This document shows positions 39,398-53,037 of a DNA stretch of 64,000 nucleotides, in pieces. Both the position numbers and the translations under genes were made by a program. The notes beneath the pieces were generated by a model. It saw only the letters and a list, made by a program, of their open reading frames with translations, did no database searches and was not told the DNA's origin. Origin of the DNA: Octopus vulgaris (Eukaryota); contig OX597816.1 of assembly GCA_951406725.2 (NCBI GenBank), positions 136,958,001-137,022,000 on the forward strand, given 5' to 3'. Numbering within the stretch: the first letter of the stretch is position 1; each line of letters begins with the position of its first letter.

Positions 39398-39864
39398 GAA
39401 ACTGGTGCCAGGCGAGGCTCGCATCGGCCATGGTTGGATTGGTGCATTTTACGTGCCACCTGCACGGAAGGCAATTGAGGCGGCACTGGCTTCGGCCACG
39501 ATTCGGATGGTGCTTTTTACGTGCCACCGACACGGAAGCCAGTCGAGGTGGCGCTGGCATCGGCCACGATTCGGATAGTGCTTTTTAAGTATCTCCAGTC
39601 AAGGGGTCCTGGCATCTGCCAGGTGCCTGTCGTCGGATGAAGTTCGATATTGACTTCGCTTGCCTCAACAGGTCTTCGTGTGTCCAAGGGAGGAAAGGCA
39701 TGCATAAGTGGGCTGGACTCACTTGTCCTGCCTGGTCTTTTCACGCAGAGCATATTTCCAAAGGTCTCGGTCGCTGGTCATTTCCTCAGTGAGACCTAAA
39801 GTTCGAAGGTCGTGCTTCACCACCTTGTCCCAAGTTTTCCTGGGTCTACCTCTTCCACGGGTTC

Positions 39865-39865
<1 letters not shown>
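39393..39865 (-). mobile_element. RTE LINE 3' fragment
   Basis: Similar to 36170-36580. Confidence 0.8.
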
Positions 39866-39931
<66 letters not shown>

Positions 39932-40348
39932 TTAGGAAGGGCATCCAGCCGTAGAAACTCTGCCAGATCAGACTGGAGCCTGGAGCAGCCCCTGGCTTCC
40001 CAGACCCTGGTCGAACCGTCCAACCCATGCTAGCGCGGAAAACGGACGTTAAACGATGATGATGATGATGATACATATATAAAATTAGTTCCTGAAAATG
40101 CAACTGAATTTATAAAATTGTTTTTAAATAAATCCACCTATATACACAAACTAATTTCAAGAATTTTTGGTTCCTCAAAGGTATAAATATATGGGATTTA
40201 AAAAAATTAAAATTGCAAATTAGAAAACATGTTTAAATGATTAAATGTTTACAAAATTGAATAATACCAAAAATGATTAGCAAAGAATATAAAAAATGTG
40301 AATCACCGAAAGTTCAGTCATATAAGCAGCTATCTTTCCACTTCGCAA

Positions 40349-40380
<32 letters not shown>

Positions 40381-40686
40381 GATAGATACATATACATATA
40401 TATAATTATAATTAAGGATACTGAGAAACAGCACTTAAATGCTAGAGATAGATGTCAAATGATTCTAAAAACTACTTCAAAAACAACCATTTCAGTACCT
40501 TTAATTATAATTATATCTATATAATTATATATTCATATTATTTTTACCTGTATGGTTTTTATTACATGTTGGCCGCTGATTATTTATTGATTTTATCCTT
40601 AATTATGTATGCATATTATTATTATTATTAATTAATATATTGATAAATTACGTATATTGAGTGTAATATCTCAATTTTGTAAATTA

Positions 40687-40840
40687 TGGAATTTACAGGT
40701 AAGATAGAACCACTATTTTGGAATTCATCTTTGAAGGATATTCCAATATCTTCTAAAAAAGAATATATTTTGAAACTTATTAATAATATTAAGGATTTTG
40801 TTTCTAGAATTAAATGGAAAACCTACTATTATAAGTTTAA
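40687..40840 (+). mobile_element. Penelope-like (Naiad-like) ORF N-terminus remnant
   Basis: MEFTGKIEPLFWNSSLKDIPISSKKEYILKLINNIKDFVSRIKWKTYYYK matches, from recall, the S-x-K-x-I-P...L-I...F...R-x-x-W-K start of Naiad-type ORFs. Confidence 0.55.
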
Positions 40841-41100
40841 ATTGTTAATTTAAATATTTTTAAAAAATTTTAACTTTAACTTAAATATTTTAATTGGATT
40901 TTTATATTTTATATTTTTTACATATTTTTTAATTAATTTTATTTCTATGTATTGGCTTATGATTTTCACTGTTTGATTTGCCTAATAGTGGTTTTATCTC
41001 TAATTTAATATAATATATATATATATATATATATATGCATGTGTACCGTTGGCGATTTTTTTCCTCCATCTTCCTTTCTTTGGATCTTTCCTTTTCCTAT

Positions 41101-41135
41101 GTTTCTGACGAAGAGCTCCGCTCGAAACGTTACAC
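41101..41135 (+). ncRNA. Minimal hammerhead ribozyme motif
   Basis: GTTT-CTGACGA-AGAGC-TCC-GCTC-GAAA-CGTT-ACAC inside a ~175 bp insert in (TA)n; palindromic AACGTT stem III as in dimeric minimal hammerheads. Confidence 0.6.
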
Positions 41136-41218
41136 CCTCCTTCTTTCCTGAGCATCCAATAATACTATACTTGTTCCATGTCCTCGCGTTGTGTTTTCAT
41201 GTTTGGATTAACTATATA

Positions 41219-42392
41219 TCTCTTATTATAAAAGGCAGATTTTATCTGCCTCCCTTTGGGAGTTATACAAATCTACAATATAGGATTTCTTCAATTACAA
41301 TTTACCTAGCAGTTTTAAAGAGTACAATGCATCGCGTCATGCCAGGTCCAGTTTTTAAAATTTAAACTCCAATTAAGCAAAATTTACAGAAAACTCACAT
41401 TCTGGTGTGTGTGTCAAATGCTTTTCTTAGTCTGGTTTACACCACACGCAAACGCACACACACAGTGGGCAACGAATAAAATGAAAGTAAATGTAATATT
41501 TGTTTCTGTCTATCACGCTGATAGATACATGAGTAAAATGTATGGGAAGCTAACAGATAACAGTGAGTGAAAATGTTCTTGGAAGAGAGTAAATTAGCGA
41601 CAGTGATTTGAGGAAGACTAAACTGAAACTATGAAACAGTGTTTATGTATAAACAGACGACACTTATATAAACCCTTTCGTTACCAAACCGCCCGAATTT
41701 ACCTATTCATATTTAAATGAGAATATCAGAGTAAATCTCTTTAGTACATTCGTGAAAACACGTATTATACTTCGTAAACAGTTCAAATACAGTTTTGTAC
41801 AAAAATCGAAGTGTAATTTTAATTCCGTGAATTATGGGAGATTTTTTTCCAAAATTTGTTCCTATTGTGTTTTCAAAATTTGTAATTCTGACAAAAAATG
41901 GATACGAATTTCATTATATCAAGCAGCGAGTCAGAATTCGAAGGATTTTCTACTGAAGACCTTCATAAATCTAACTCTATGACTGAAAAAAAAAAGCATC
42001 TTTATATAAGAGTGAAGTTGTGTGTCTGTCCCCTTCGATTTACATTCGTAATTACTCCCACATTTTGCGGTGCAGTTTAACCAAAAGCGGGTATCTTGTA
42101 GTCGTGATTCATATCGAGCCCTTCTGGGTATTAGCACGCGTCTACGATGAGTCTACGATTTAAAAAAAATTTACCATCATATTTTTCCATTTTAATGCAT
42201 TTTTTTCGCTTTTATATAAGGGAAGTAACTCTCTAAAAATATCTACGATGTGTCAACGATTTAAAAAAAATTTACCTTAATTTTTTTTCAATTTTTAATG
42301 CATTTTTTTGCTATTTTTTTGCTATAACTCTCTAAAAATGCTTATATAGTTATTTCCCTTACAACCCGAGCAACGCCGGGCGATACTGCTAG
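41219..42392 (+). mobile_element. Composite non-autonomous Helitron
   Basis: TC start, hairpin + CTAG end; same piggyBac deletion junction (ACTGAAAAAAAAAAGCATCTTTATATAAG) as 6415-7965. Confidence 0.85.
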
Positions 42393-42911
42393 TATATATA
42401 TATATATATATATGTATATATTTCAGTCATTTGACTGCAGCCATGCTGGAAGACCACCTTTAGTCAAACTAATCCACCCTAGATCTCTTTTGCTGAACTG
42501 CTAAGTTACAGCAACATAAACATGCCAACTTTGGTTGCCAAGTGATCGTGGGGGAACAAATACAGACATACAAACATATATATATCTCATTGTTGTTTCT
42601 CTTGTCCACCTTTATATTGTCTATCTGTCCAAACGTTTTAATGCCCTCTATCGTGTTTTTGTTCCATTTTGATATATATATATATACACACATATATATG
42701 ACGAGCTTATTTCAGCAGTTTCCGTCTACCAAATCCACTTACAAGGCTTTGGTCGGTCTGAGGCTATAGTAGAAAACACTTGCCCAAGGTGCCACACATA
42801 ATATACATATATCTTTTCCATTCTTTTATTTGATTCAACCATGCAGCTGTGGTCATGCTGGAGCATCATTACATATGTGTAAATGTGTACACTCACACAC
42901 GCACACATACA

Positions 42912-42952
<41 letters not shown>

Positions 42953-43071
42953 CATCATTGATTAATGTCAGTTTTCCATGCTGGCATGGGTTGGACATAT
43001 ATCCATATATAAATACACACACACACACACATACATATATATATATATTTTTATACATGGTTTTATATATA

Positions 43072-44057
43072 TTAAAAATGGGGAAGGCTGGTTTATAGGA
43101 TTAACTTGGGTTTCCTATCCATAAAGGGTTTAGTTTTATGGTGTATCGTCAGTCCCCAAAACCTGTTGGTCTATGACCTCTTCAGAATATGGAGGGGGAA
43201 AAGCCTTGCTACTCAAAAATGAACAATTGGGGATTATCTTCCTTTGCTATTGGCTATCGACTTCTGGCTGTGCCACCATCTTATGGGCCCCAAAAATCTA
43301 GCAGGAATCTCCTAAAATGTAAACATAGCTCGAAAATCTCCGTTCTAGAGCTATGGATGTTCTCTGCTTCAAGCGAGTCTTTTAGGATTCTTGTACATTC
43401 AGCTATTCATAACTTGCGACATTTTGTCCCATTGATATAGGGTCCTGGGGGTCTCGAGTATTTACCATGAGATCAAGTATGGGATCCCATCATCAACCTC
43501 CCGAAGGAGCTGTTCTTCACTCCTGCTCCAGAGCGTCGGCTGCGGGGTCATTCCGAAAAGCTCTATCTGCGACGATTTCATCTCAATCGAAGGAGAGGGG
43601 CTTTCTCCGTCCAGGTTGCGGATCCATGGAATAAGCTGCCGAACGAGATGGTGAAGATGCCGACGACCACTTGGTTCAAAGTCTCCCTTGACCACATGTG
43701 GCCTGAACTCTTTACATGAATACCACCCTGTACATAACTCCATGTCCCCCTACATGGCCTTGCTTTTTTGCTTTTTGAGCCAAAAAATTAACTAACTAAC
43801 AAACTAATTAGTTGCTAGATTTGGCTGGCCAGTGATGTTACGTATCTCCTTTCCAGAACTCCCAAGGAGGGCTTGTAGTTGGAGACATGCAACTTGAAAG
43901 TGTCCCCGGAACACCCAATGCATCTCCATGGGTGTGTGCTGTCGGTGTTGTTCCTGCTGTCACAGACATCGCTGTTGTTGGTGTTGGGACTGCTGGTTTC
44001 AGCGTCAGTAATATTGTCGCCACTGCCAGTTATGGTAAAGGCGTTGTCATTATTCTG

Positions 44058-44060
<3 letters not shown>
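43072..44060 (-). mobile_element. Penelope-like GIY-YIG element, same family as 10151-11073
   Basis: RCIGCSGDTFKLHVSNYKPSL...RYVTSLASQI; shared 3' terminal sequence; interrupted by CR1. Confidence 0.75.
43495..43806 (+). mobile_element. CR1-group LINE 3' end
   Basis: RRLRGHSEKL...AFSVQVADPWNKLP...FKVSLD, (AACT)n tail. Confidence 0.8.
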
Positions 44061-44099
<39 letters not shown>

Positions 44100-44339
44100 C
44101 AGGTGCTTGTGTGCCTGTGTGGAAAGAGGCCTACTTCCAAACCACATGGTACTGGGTTCAGTCCCACTGTGTGGCGCCTTGGGCTAACTAAAGCCTTCTG
44201 AGTGAATTTGGTTGACGGAAACTGAAAGAAGTTCGTTGTATATTTATATATATATACATACATGCACACACACATATATATATATATATGACAAGCTTCT
44301 TTCAGTTATGTACATACACACACACACACACATATATAT

Positions 44340-44511
44340 ACTCTCTTTTACTTGTTTCAGTCATTTGACTGTGGCCATGCTGGAGCACCGCCTTTAGTTG
44401 AGTAAATCGACCCCAGGACTTATTCTTTGTAAGCCTAGTACTTATTTTATTGGTATCTTTTGCCATAAACACACCAGCATCGGTTGTCAAACGATGTTGG
44501 GAGACACACAA

Positions 44512-44558
<47 letters not shown>

Positions 44559-44718
44559 TACAACGGGCTTCTTTCAGTTTCCGTCTACCAAATCCACTCA
44601 CAAGGCTTTGGTCGGCCCGAGGCTATAGTAGAAGACACTTGCCCAAGGTGTCACACAGTGGGACTGAACCCGGAACCATGTGGTTGGTAGGCAAGCTACT
44701 TACCACACACCCACTCCT
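44340..44718 (-). mobile_element. SINE family A
   Basis: Colinear with 21445-21847; nested in a plus-strand copy (44100-44240, 44740-44958). Confidence 0.85.
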
Positions 44719-45108
44719 ATATAAATATAGTTGTGTGTGTATCCTTGTGACTGTCTTTGTCTCTCCACCATCATTTGACAACCGATGTTGCTGTGTGTAC
44801 GTTCACGTAATCTAGTGGTTCGACAAAAGTGACCTATAGAATAAGTTCTAGGCTTACAAAGAATAAGTCTTGGGGTTGATTGCTTCGACTAAAAAAAAAA
44901 TCCTTGAAGGCACTGCTCCAGCATGGCCGCAGTTAAATGACCGAAACAAGTAAAAGAATCTCTCCCTCTCTCTATATATATATATAACCAGCCAAATTAT
45001 ATATATATATATATATAACCCCCCCACCCCCGGACGGTCTTCTTTCAGTTTCCTTCTACTTAGTCTACTCAGAAAGCTTTGGTCAGCCCAACGCTATAGG
45101 AGAATACA

Positions 45109-45235
45109 GTGACTGGTAATGAAGTGACAGGGAAAAAAGGTCACAATTAATTTATGGCATCCAGACAAAACCCCCTCGGACAAAACTCCTGTGACTTTAT
45201 TACCGTGACTTTTTTTTTTTTTTTTACCTAGATTC
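45109..45235. mobile_element. Mutator-like MITE inserted in a SINE
   Basis: 9-bp TSD GAGAATACA (45100-45108, 45236-45244), G...C ends, inverted GGTAATAAAGTCAC-type subrepeats. Confidence 0.7.
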
Positions 45236-45949
45236 GAGAATACAGCTGCTGAAGGCGTCACGCAGTGGGACTGAACTCAAAACTATGTGGTTTGGAAGCA
45301 AACTTGTGTGCACACAAGTGCGTGTGTGTGTTATGAAAGAGAAGGGAAAGAGATTGTTATTTACTTATAATTCAGGTCGTTATTGTTTAACCCAAGGTGA
45401 ATCTTCATTGAACAGACAGGCCTACATTATCAAGAGTGTCCTATAATTCTTAAAGGTAATAATATAAAGGGGAGGTTTGGTTGCTGTATTTAGGAAGTCA
45501 AGCGATCACGAAAAATAGCTATCCTTCGTTATCACAATTAACTGTAAGGCAGAGAGACACACCCTAACTGTTATTTTGTTCTTCATAACTAGTTGAGTCA
45601 AGCAAAGGTTACGGTGAAATACATATTAAATTGGTCTTTAGTTTGAGTATGTGCATATTAGATTGTGTGTATTAATGTATTCACGCCAATATCTGTGTCC
45701 ATATAATTGTGCTTTGTGTGTGTGTGTGTGAGAGAGAAAGAAGGAGAGAGAAAGAAGGAAAGAAAGAGAAAAGGCCTTTCGTGTGTTTGTAAACGTGACT
45801 CAGTATCTGCGTGTTAAATGCTGTGAGAGTGTGTGTGTGTTCACATGCTAACATGAACAGTATGTGTTTATATTCTAACATGAACAATCTATGTTCATGT
45901 ACGGCGTGTGCTATGAACACACAGACACACACAAACATTTGTGGAATCT

Positions 45950-46769
45950 CATAAACTCTCCAATTGCAAAACGTAAACCATGAAAACAGTATTCTATTAC
46001 TAAAAAACGGAGTAGAATACTAATTAAATATCATTGAATGGGGACTTTTCGCGCTATTTTCTGGTAAAAATTTCCGCATAAACGTCCCTCTATGTTTCTT
46101 TAGCAATGCTGCCATGTGGTTCCTCCTACATAATACATCAAATCAGGTAATGAGGGTAAACTGACTACTAAGATAGTCATAGTAGTGGCAGAAATATAAT
46201 ACGGACAGGCTGTTCTTTCTTCAATGGAACTGGTCACACACGCGCCACTTATCTTTCAGGACAGCGCATCTTATTTTCTCTCCTAAGGATTTTATTGTTT
46301 TGATTAAGCATTTGTGATTAAAACTTATATTCTCAGAGGATTTATATTTAATCAAAACTACTTCTTGCTGTATGTCGTCTTACAAGCAAAATATGTGTAT
46401 TCATAATGGTGCCGTTACATACATACAGGACAGTTAAAGCTTTGCTGCATTATGTATTATTGTGGAATATAGTTTACAGTTGACTGTGCAATGTAGTAAT
46501 ATGGAATAAATTTGACTTGCTCTGCGTGTGTGTGTGTTTATATATATGTATATATATATATACTTGCTGTTTGTGTGTATGTGTATATATATTGTATATA
46601 TACAAATACTTGCTATGTAAGTATGTATTCATGAAAACTGTTCGACGAACGGGAACGTAACAGTTCTGTGAACATTTTGCAGCTTTTATATTATAAAGCA
46701 TATTACTCTACCCTTGGTATTCGAGTACTATTTTTTCCACATTGTTTTGCACTTATGTACCTACCCGTA

Positions 46770-46824
<55 letters not shown>

Positions 46825-47458
46825 TATATATATAATGTAGATAGATAGATAGCACACACACGTTTGAATGTTATGTGTATACAGTAATGTCTAAAAGTAG
46901 ACATGCTTAATACATTTACAGCAGATTTAAAATTTCATTTTTGTTTATTACCTACAGCTAAGAAGTGCATCGTTCATAACCTCTTGTTAGGGTTTTCGAT
47001 TCTGCTGGAGAGTAAGGACTGAATTTATCCTCTGATCTGGAGACCTAGCCTGAATAAATTGCAACAGAATGAATTCCGCCATAGGCGCCTAGCTATGTAG
47101 GGGCTAGGTTTTGTATATAATAATCAAGCAATCTAAAAACAAACGATGAAAGGAAAATGGTTATATTTTATAAATTCCCTTTCGCTTAAATATTTCTGTT
47201 ATTAATAGATTTTCCATTTGAAGAAATGCAATACAATTTAGAAAAAAAGCCCCAAATCTTTCATCTCAACCTAATGTTTCGTAATGAACTTTAGTTATAC
47301 AGGTATTTTTTAAAAATGTGTTTTAATAATTAGAATTTGTGATAAAATAAAATCCTGACAATTTATTATGTATAATTATTTTGAAAGTAATATATATTTC
47401 TGTGTGTATGTGTGCGCGCGTGTATATATGTGTATATATATACATACATACACATATA

Positions 47459-47525
<67 letters not shown>

Positions 47526-48000
47526 CACATCTGTCTACAATGTGTATTTAACACACACACACACTCGCGTATATTAAAGCTAATGAAATTTTCTAAAAAA
47601 ATTGGAAATGTTCCTAGAAAAAAATATATAAGCTAAATTTCTGTCAAGTCCCCAAAACTTTAGTGAAAATATTATTGTTTATAAAAACAAAAATCAGCAG
47701 CACTGCCATTATATCACAATGGATGAAAGTCGTCAACAGATTTAAACATGTAGTATAGAAAAATGCAGTGTTGATTGAGAGACCAACGTTTATATATTTA
47801 AGGTTGTTTTTTTTTATTGTTATAACATTTAAAATATTTTAGATGACGAAAAGATTTTAAGAAATTGTTTTAAATATAATAAAGAATTAGACAGAAAAAA
47901 AAAAAAACGTTTGTATAAAGGGTTGTGTAGTAAGAAGAGCTAACTGAACATCCAGCCGCCATCTTAAAAATATCTAGGTCATTCTTGTCTTTGTAATAAA
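45950..48000. promoter_or_regulatory. Putative promoter / 5' gene region
   Basis: Transposon-poor; E2F-type TTTTCGCGC (46046-46054) overlapping GGGACTTTTC; YY1-type GCCGCCATCTT (47955-47965) and CCGCCAT (47076-47082), both reading ATGGCGG on minus. Confidence 0.4.
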
Positions 48001-48143
48001 AACATATGGGTAATAAGCCATATTTATATTTAGCATTTCAGTTGTAACTATTTTTACACCATTCTAATAAAATCTATGAAAATTAAATGCTAATTGAAGT
48101 ATTATACCCACACACGCACATATATATATATCTTTTTAATATG

Positions 48144-48202
<59 letters not shown>

Positions 48203-48876
48203 ATATTTTCCTTTTCAGTCAGTCATACAATATTTGTATGCCATTTTCTTTTTCAGCGACATATGTCATTTTTCATTTAATCAAAGATGTTTTTGTGTCA
48301 TCTAACACACACATTTGAATAGTTCATGTCATCTAAGTCAGGATAACCGAAATAGGAGATCGATGGTGGTCAATGAAAACAGTCATTTGAATAAAAAGAA
48401 AAACAAAATTGCACTATGTTCGTGTACTTCGATTTAATTTTTTTTTTATTGAACTCCTGCTGCACTTCAATTTTCTGTTCGAACATGTCATTTTTATTAA
48501 CAATCATCGTTAAAAGATAGGTGCTACATACAGTATGAGCCTTTATTAGCCTGTTTAATAATTACCAACTGACAACTAATTTCGTGAAAATATTCTATTA
48601 CTTTCATTTTTGTGTTGAAATCCAGAAGAGATTGATAAAATAAAAGCTGGGGTAAGATTTAAGTGACTGAGCTCTTTATGTGGCCTTGCCCCAACGTTAG
48701 AAATTATTGATTATATTGTGATAATAATGGCAAAGATGATGTGCATAATAAGAGACCACTCCATTCTAGTTGTAGCAAGAAAGAAGCCATTTATAAGCGA
48801 ATGTAGGCGCTTTTGAAATACATTTTACATGTACGAAATCATATATTAATATTTTTATAATTTTAAACTACACAGA

Positions 48877-48914
<38 letters not shown>

Positions 48915-48964
48915 TACTATTCAAATATAAATATATATATATATATATAAAATGTACTATTCAA

Positions 48965-48996
<32 letters not shown>

Positions 48997-49028
48997 GGAT
49001 CCTATATATATATATAGGTACTATTCAA

Positions 49029-49096
<68 letters not shown>

Positions 49097-49306
49097 ATTT
49101 TAGCGTGGTAGCCATTTAAGAAACACACAAAAACCGTTAGATTCACTTCAACATTTAAATTTAATTTGTCAAAATATTTTCGTCGCTTTGAGACCGCGAC
49201 CTGTTCACTGACAAAACATCGTGCTGCATTTCTTAAATGGCTTATAAACACCTTCCACGCTGCAATTGTTTTCGTTCCAGAACACGATCTCAGATCAAGT
49301 CACTCG

Positions 49307-49366
<60 letters not shown>

Positions 49367-50354
49367 ATATATATATGGAGTATTGTAGATCCTCGAGGAT
49401 CAAGAGTATTTTTTTTCTAAAAAAATATGTATCTGTTTTGCATTCTTCGTTCACATTAGATTAGCTTTCAACATATATGAGTATAATTAACACATACACA
49501 CGTTTGTGCGTGTGTTAAAATACTTTTCTGGTTTGTAGTCTATTTGAGATAACTTTATATTTTGTAAGTTATAAATAATGTATATACTCCGAACATGTGA
49601 ATTTTTCTCCTTTTTGGAAAGATCGAGTTGTCATTTTATTTTATTAATGTCGCTAGGGAAAAGGAATACCCAAGCGATAATTTCCTATTTCACCTCGTTA
49701 CGAACCTCAAGTTATTTTGGCGAGCTGGCAGAATCGTTAGCACGCTGGACGAAATGCTTAGCGGTATTTCGCCAGTCGCTACGTTCTGAGTTCAAATTCC
49801 ACCGAGGTCGACTTTGCCTTTCATCTTTTCTGGGTCGATGAATAAAGTAACAGTGAAATACTGAGGTCAATGTAATCGACTAGTCCCCTTCCCTAAAATT
49901 TTAGGCCTCCTGCTTATAGTAGAAAATATTATTTTTATTTGTACATCAAGCATACGAGACAGGATAAAGAACGATAATCACTAGACAAACATGGCTTGTC
50001 AATATTTGCTGCTCTCCCTTTATTAAATTTTTTAGAAAAAAAAAAACCTCTGTATGATGTCCGACCTCGAACATACTTTTTACTTTTTACTTCCAGCAGA
50101 CGTGTTGGATATTCACTCTACCAATAGTTACCCTTGTTATCGAATTTTTTTTTCACATTCTTATGCTTTCAACAATGGACTCGACGATTTTGCCCAAAAT
50201 TCAGCATTTCAAAATTTTAGTTTCCATTCAACCACTCCAAATTTTTTGCTTTCAATTTTTTATAAAAATTCTTATCTTGTTTGAATTAGGTATTTTGAAA
50301 TTTAGAGATTTGGCGTTTAGAAAAAATTGTCCTTCAAAATTTCATTTTTTTTAA

Positions 50355-50930
50355 AGGTTTACCCCCTCCAGGCATTTGGAATTGAGCATGACAATAAGCA
50401 GACGACACAAGGAAGGGAGGCCACAATATGGTTGTTGAACAGTGTCTTTTTCTTCTGTTTGCTGGGTCTGGTGAAATAAGTTGTTCCTATGGCCTTTGCA
50501 GACTCTCTTAAAGTGGTTAGATTGATACCATTAATGTTCCTCTTGGACCATTGTCTGTTGACATCTGAAAGATAGGAGTAGGGGGTGAATTTCAAAGGGC
50601 CAGCAATCTGGGAAAGCTAGGAAGAAAAGACAGTGCAACTGGTGAGTTAGAGGTTGGTGTGTGTCTGCTAGTAACTTCATGCCAATCAGTTGAGTGGATG
50701 TAGTTTATGATGCTTGTGTGTGCAGAAGTATCACTGTCCCAGATGTGAGTGCAATGATCCATTTTAGTCCTCACTTGAGCTTTGTAGGGCATCAATAATT
50801 GTTGGGGGTTAAAGAGAAAGGCCAGTCATCAGGGTGGTCTTAGCTATGTTAAGAATGTGATCCTTAGTATTAGTGAGCTGCTCATGATGAAGTGGGCATA
50901 CGGGCTGATGAAGTTTTCTCGATATGAGTA
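50355..50930 (-). mobile_element. Old LINE 3' fragment (Jockey/L2/CR1 group)
   Basis: YKAQVRTKMDHCTHIWDS resembles the YKxxxRPxxEYxxxxW thumb region. Confidence 0.6.
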
Positions 50931-50944
50931 CTATTGTATACATT

Positions 50945-51470
50945 GGCACAGACATGGCTGTGTGGTAAGATGCCTTCTTCCCAATCACATTTCCAGGTTC
51001 AGTCCCACTGTGTGACACCTTGGGCAAGTGTCTTTTACAATAGCCTTGGGTTGACCAAATCCTTGTGAGTGGATTTAGTAGATGGAAACTGAAAGAAGTC
51101 TGTTGTATACATATATATATTAGCACGCCGTACTTATAATGCAGAGGTTGTGAGTTCGGGCCTCACCCGGGGCAGTGGTATCTCGTTTCTGTCCAACCCG
51201 TGCTAGCACGGAAAACAGACATTAAACGATGATGATGATGATATATATATATGTCTATATATCAATGTGTGTGTGTCTTTATGTCTGCGTTTGTCTCTCC
51301 ACCACTGCTTGACAACTGGTGTGTTTGTGTCCTCCATAACTTAGCAGTTCAGTAAAAGAGACTGACAGAATAAGCACCACTTCTTAAAAAGAAAAAAAAA
51401 AAGAAGTACTGGTGTCAGTTCATTTGACTAAAAATTCAAGGTGGTGCTCCAAATATAAGAATAAAGAATA
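50945..51470 (+). mobile_element. SINE family A hosting a tRNA-RTE chimera
   Basis: Head 50945-51110 and tail 51260-51470 separated by the insert. Confidence 0.75.
51120..51174 (+). pseudogene. 5'-truncated intronless tRNA-Ile(TAT) copy
   Basis: TTAGCACGCCGTACTTATAATGCAGAGGTTGTGAGTTCGGGCCTCACCCGGGGCA closely follows the metazoan tRNA-Ile(UAU) from the D-loop on; anticodon TAT 51135-51137; T-arm GTGAG-TTCGGGC-CTCAC; no CCA. Confidence 0.8.
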
Positions 51471-51483
51471 TGTGTATGCATGT

Positions 51484-51544
<61 letters not shown>

Positions 51545-51546
<2 letters not shown>

Positions 51547-51905
51547 TTTCTTGCCACCTTTTAGTCAAAGATATCAACCACATAACTTATTCTTTGTAAG
51601 CCTGGCACTTATTCTATCATTCTCTTTTGCTGAACCACTAAGTTACAGGGACATAAACACACCAACATTGGTTGTCAAGTGTTGAAGTGGGGGACAAGGA
51701 CAGACACAGAGACACATGCACATAGATACACACACACATATGCAATGGGCTTCTTTCAGTTTCTATCTACTAAATCCACTCACAAGGCTTCGGTTGGCCC
51801 AAGGCTATAGCAGAAGACACTTGCCCATGGTGCTACACAGTGGGAGTGAACCTGGAACCATGTGGTTGGGAAGTAAGCTTCTTACCACACAGCCACACCT
51901 GTGCC
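51545..51905 (-). mobile_element. SINE family A
   Basis: Colinear with 21445-21847. Confidence 0.8.
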
Positions 51906-53037
51906 TGGATATATATTTACACATACACTTCAGCAAATTTCATATGATCTGTTCAGGCACCATCTGATCCAGGAACTGAAACACCCTAACCACTTGGCAA
52001 TGTGTGTGTGTGTGTGAGTTCTGGGAAGTGCTGTGTGTTCTACCCACATATAACATTAAGTTTTTCACACCCCAATAAACCAAAATGCATCCCTCCTTCA
52101 TGCACTATACTTAACTTCCCCTCCCCACTCCTACTGCCCAATTCTGTCCTTCCTGCCCTGCCAACTGTATCATTGCCATCCTGTTGCCATCCTCTCTACA
52201 TTCCCAGGTTTCCCCACTCGATTATTAGAGAGGAATTAAAAAATGAAGGGAAAATTCAGAATGAAGAATTAATAAAAAAGAGAGATCATAAGGATAGAAT
52301 TCATGTAAGAGAATGAAGGTATAAGGTTGTTGAATTATGATCATCAAATGAAGAAAAAATATCTACTATCATTTTATCAGTTATATTTTGTTTTTTTTGT
52401 CGTTATTTTTTGGTTTATTAAATTATATTTATTTTTATTATTTCATATGATGAATAATATTACTCCGCCCCACCCCTTTGCATTCATGTGAACTCCTTAC
52501 TCATGCACCCCGGACAGTCGTTTACCATCCCATTTATATTCTCATTCTTGTACCTTAGAAGCATGTCCTGGCACATTACCACCATCTCTCTCACTCACTT
52601 TCAGTCTTGTTCTCTCTCTTGCTTGGTCTCTCTTACTCTCACTTTCTCTCATTCTTGCTCTCTCTCCTCCCTCTCTCTTTCTCTCTTTCTGACTGGGATA
52701 ACCATGTATCTCCTCTACTTGTTTCAGTTCCTCTGTCATACTCTAACATCTCATCACCTAGCACAAAGCCACCTTCTTCAATATTGACCCATTTTCAAAG
52801 GGTCTTTGTCTTGCAGGCTCCTTGGTGATCTCACTGGTGCTGGTGCCATGTAAAAAGCACCCAGCTCATTCTGTAAAGTGGTTGGCATTAAGAATAGCAT
52901 CCAGCCATAGAAACCAAGCCAAAATAAGCAGTGGAATTTGGTGCAGTTCTCCCATTTACTAACTCCTGTCAAACTGTCCAACCTTTGGTAGCATGGAAGA
53001 CAGATGCTAAATGCTGCTGCTTCTGGTGCTGATGATG

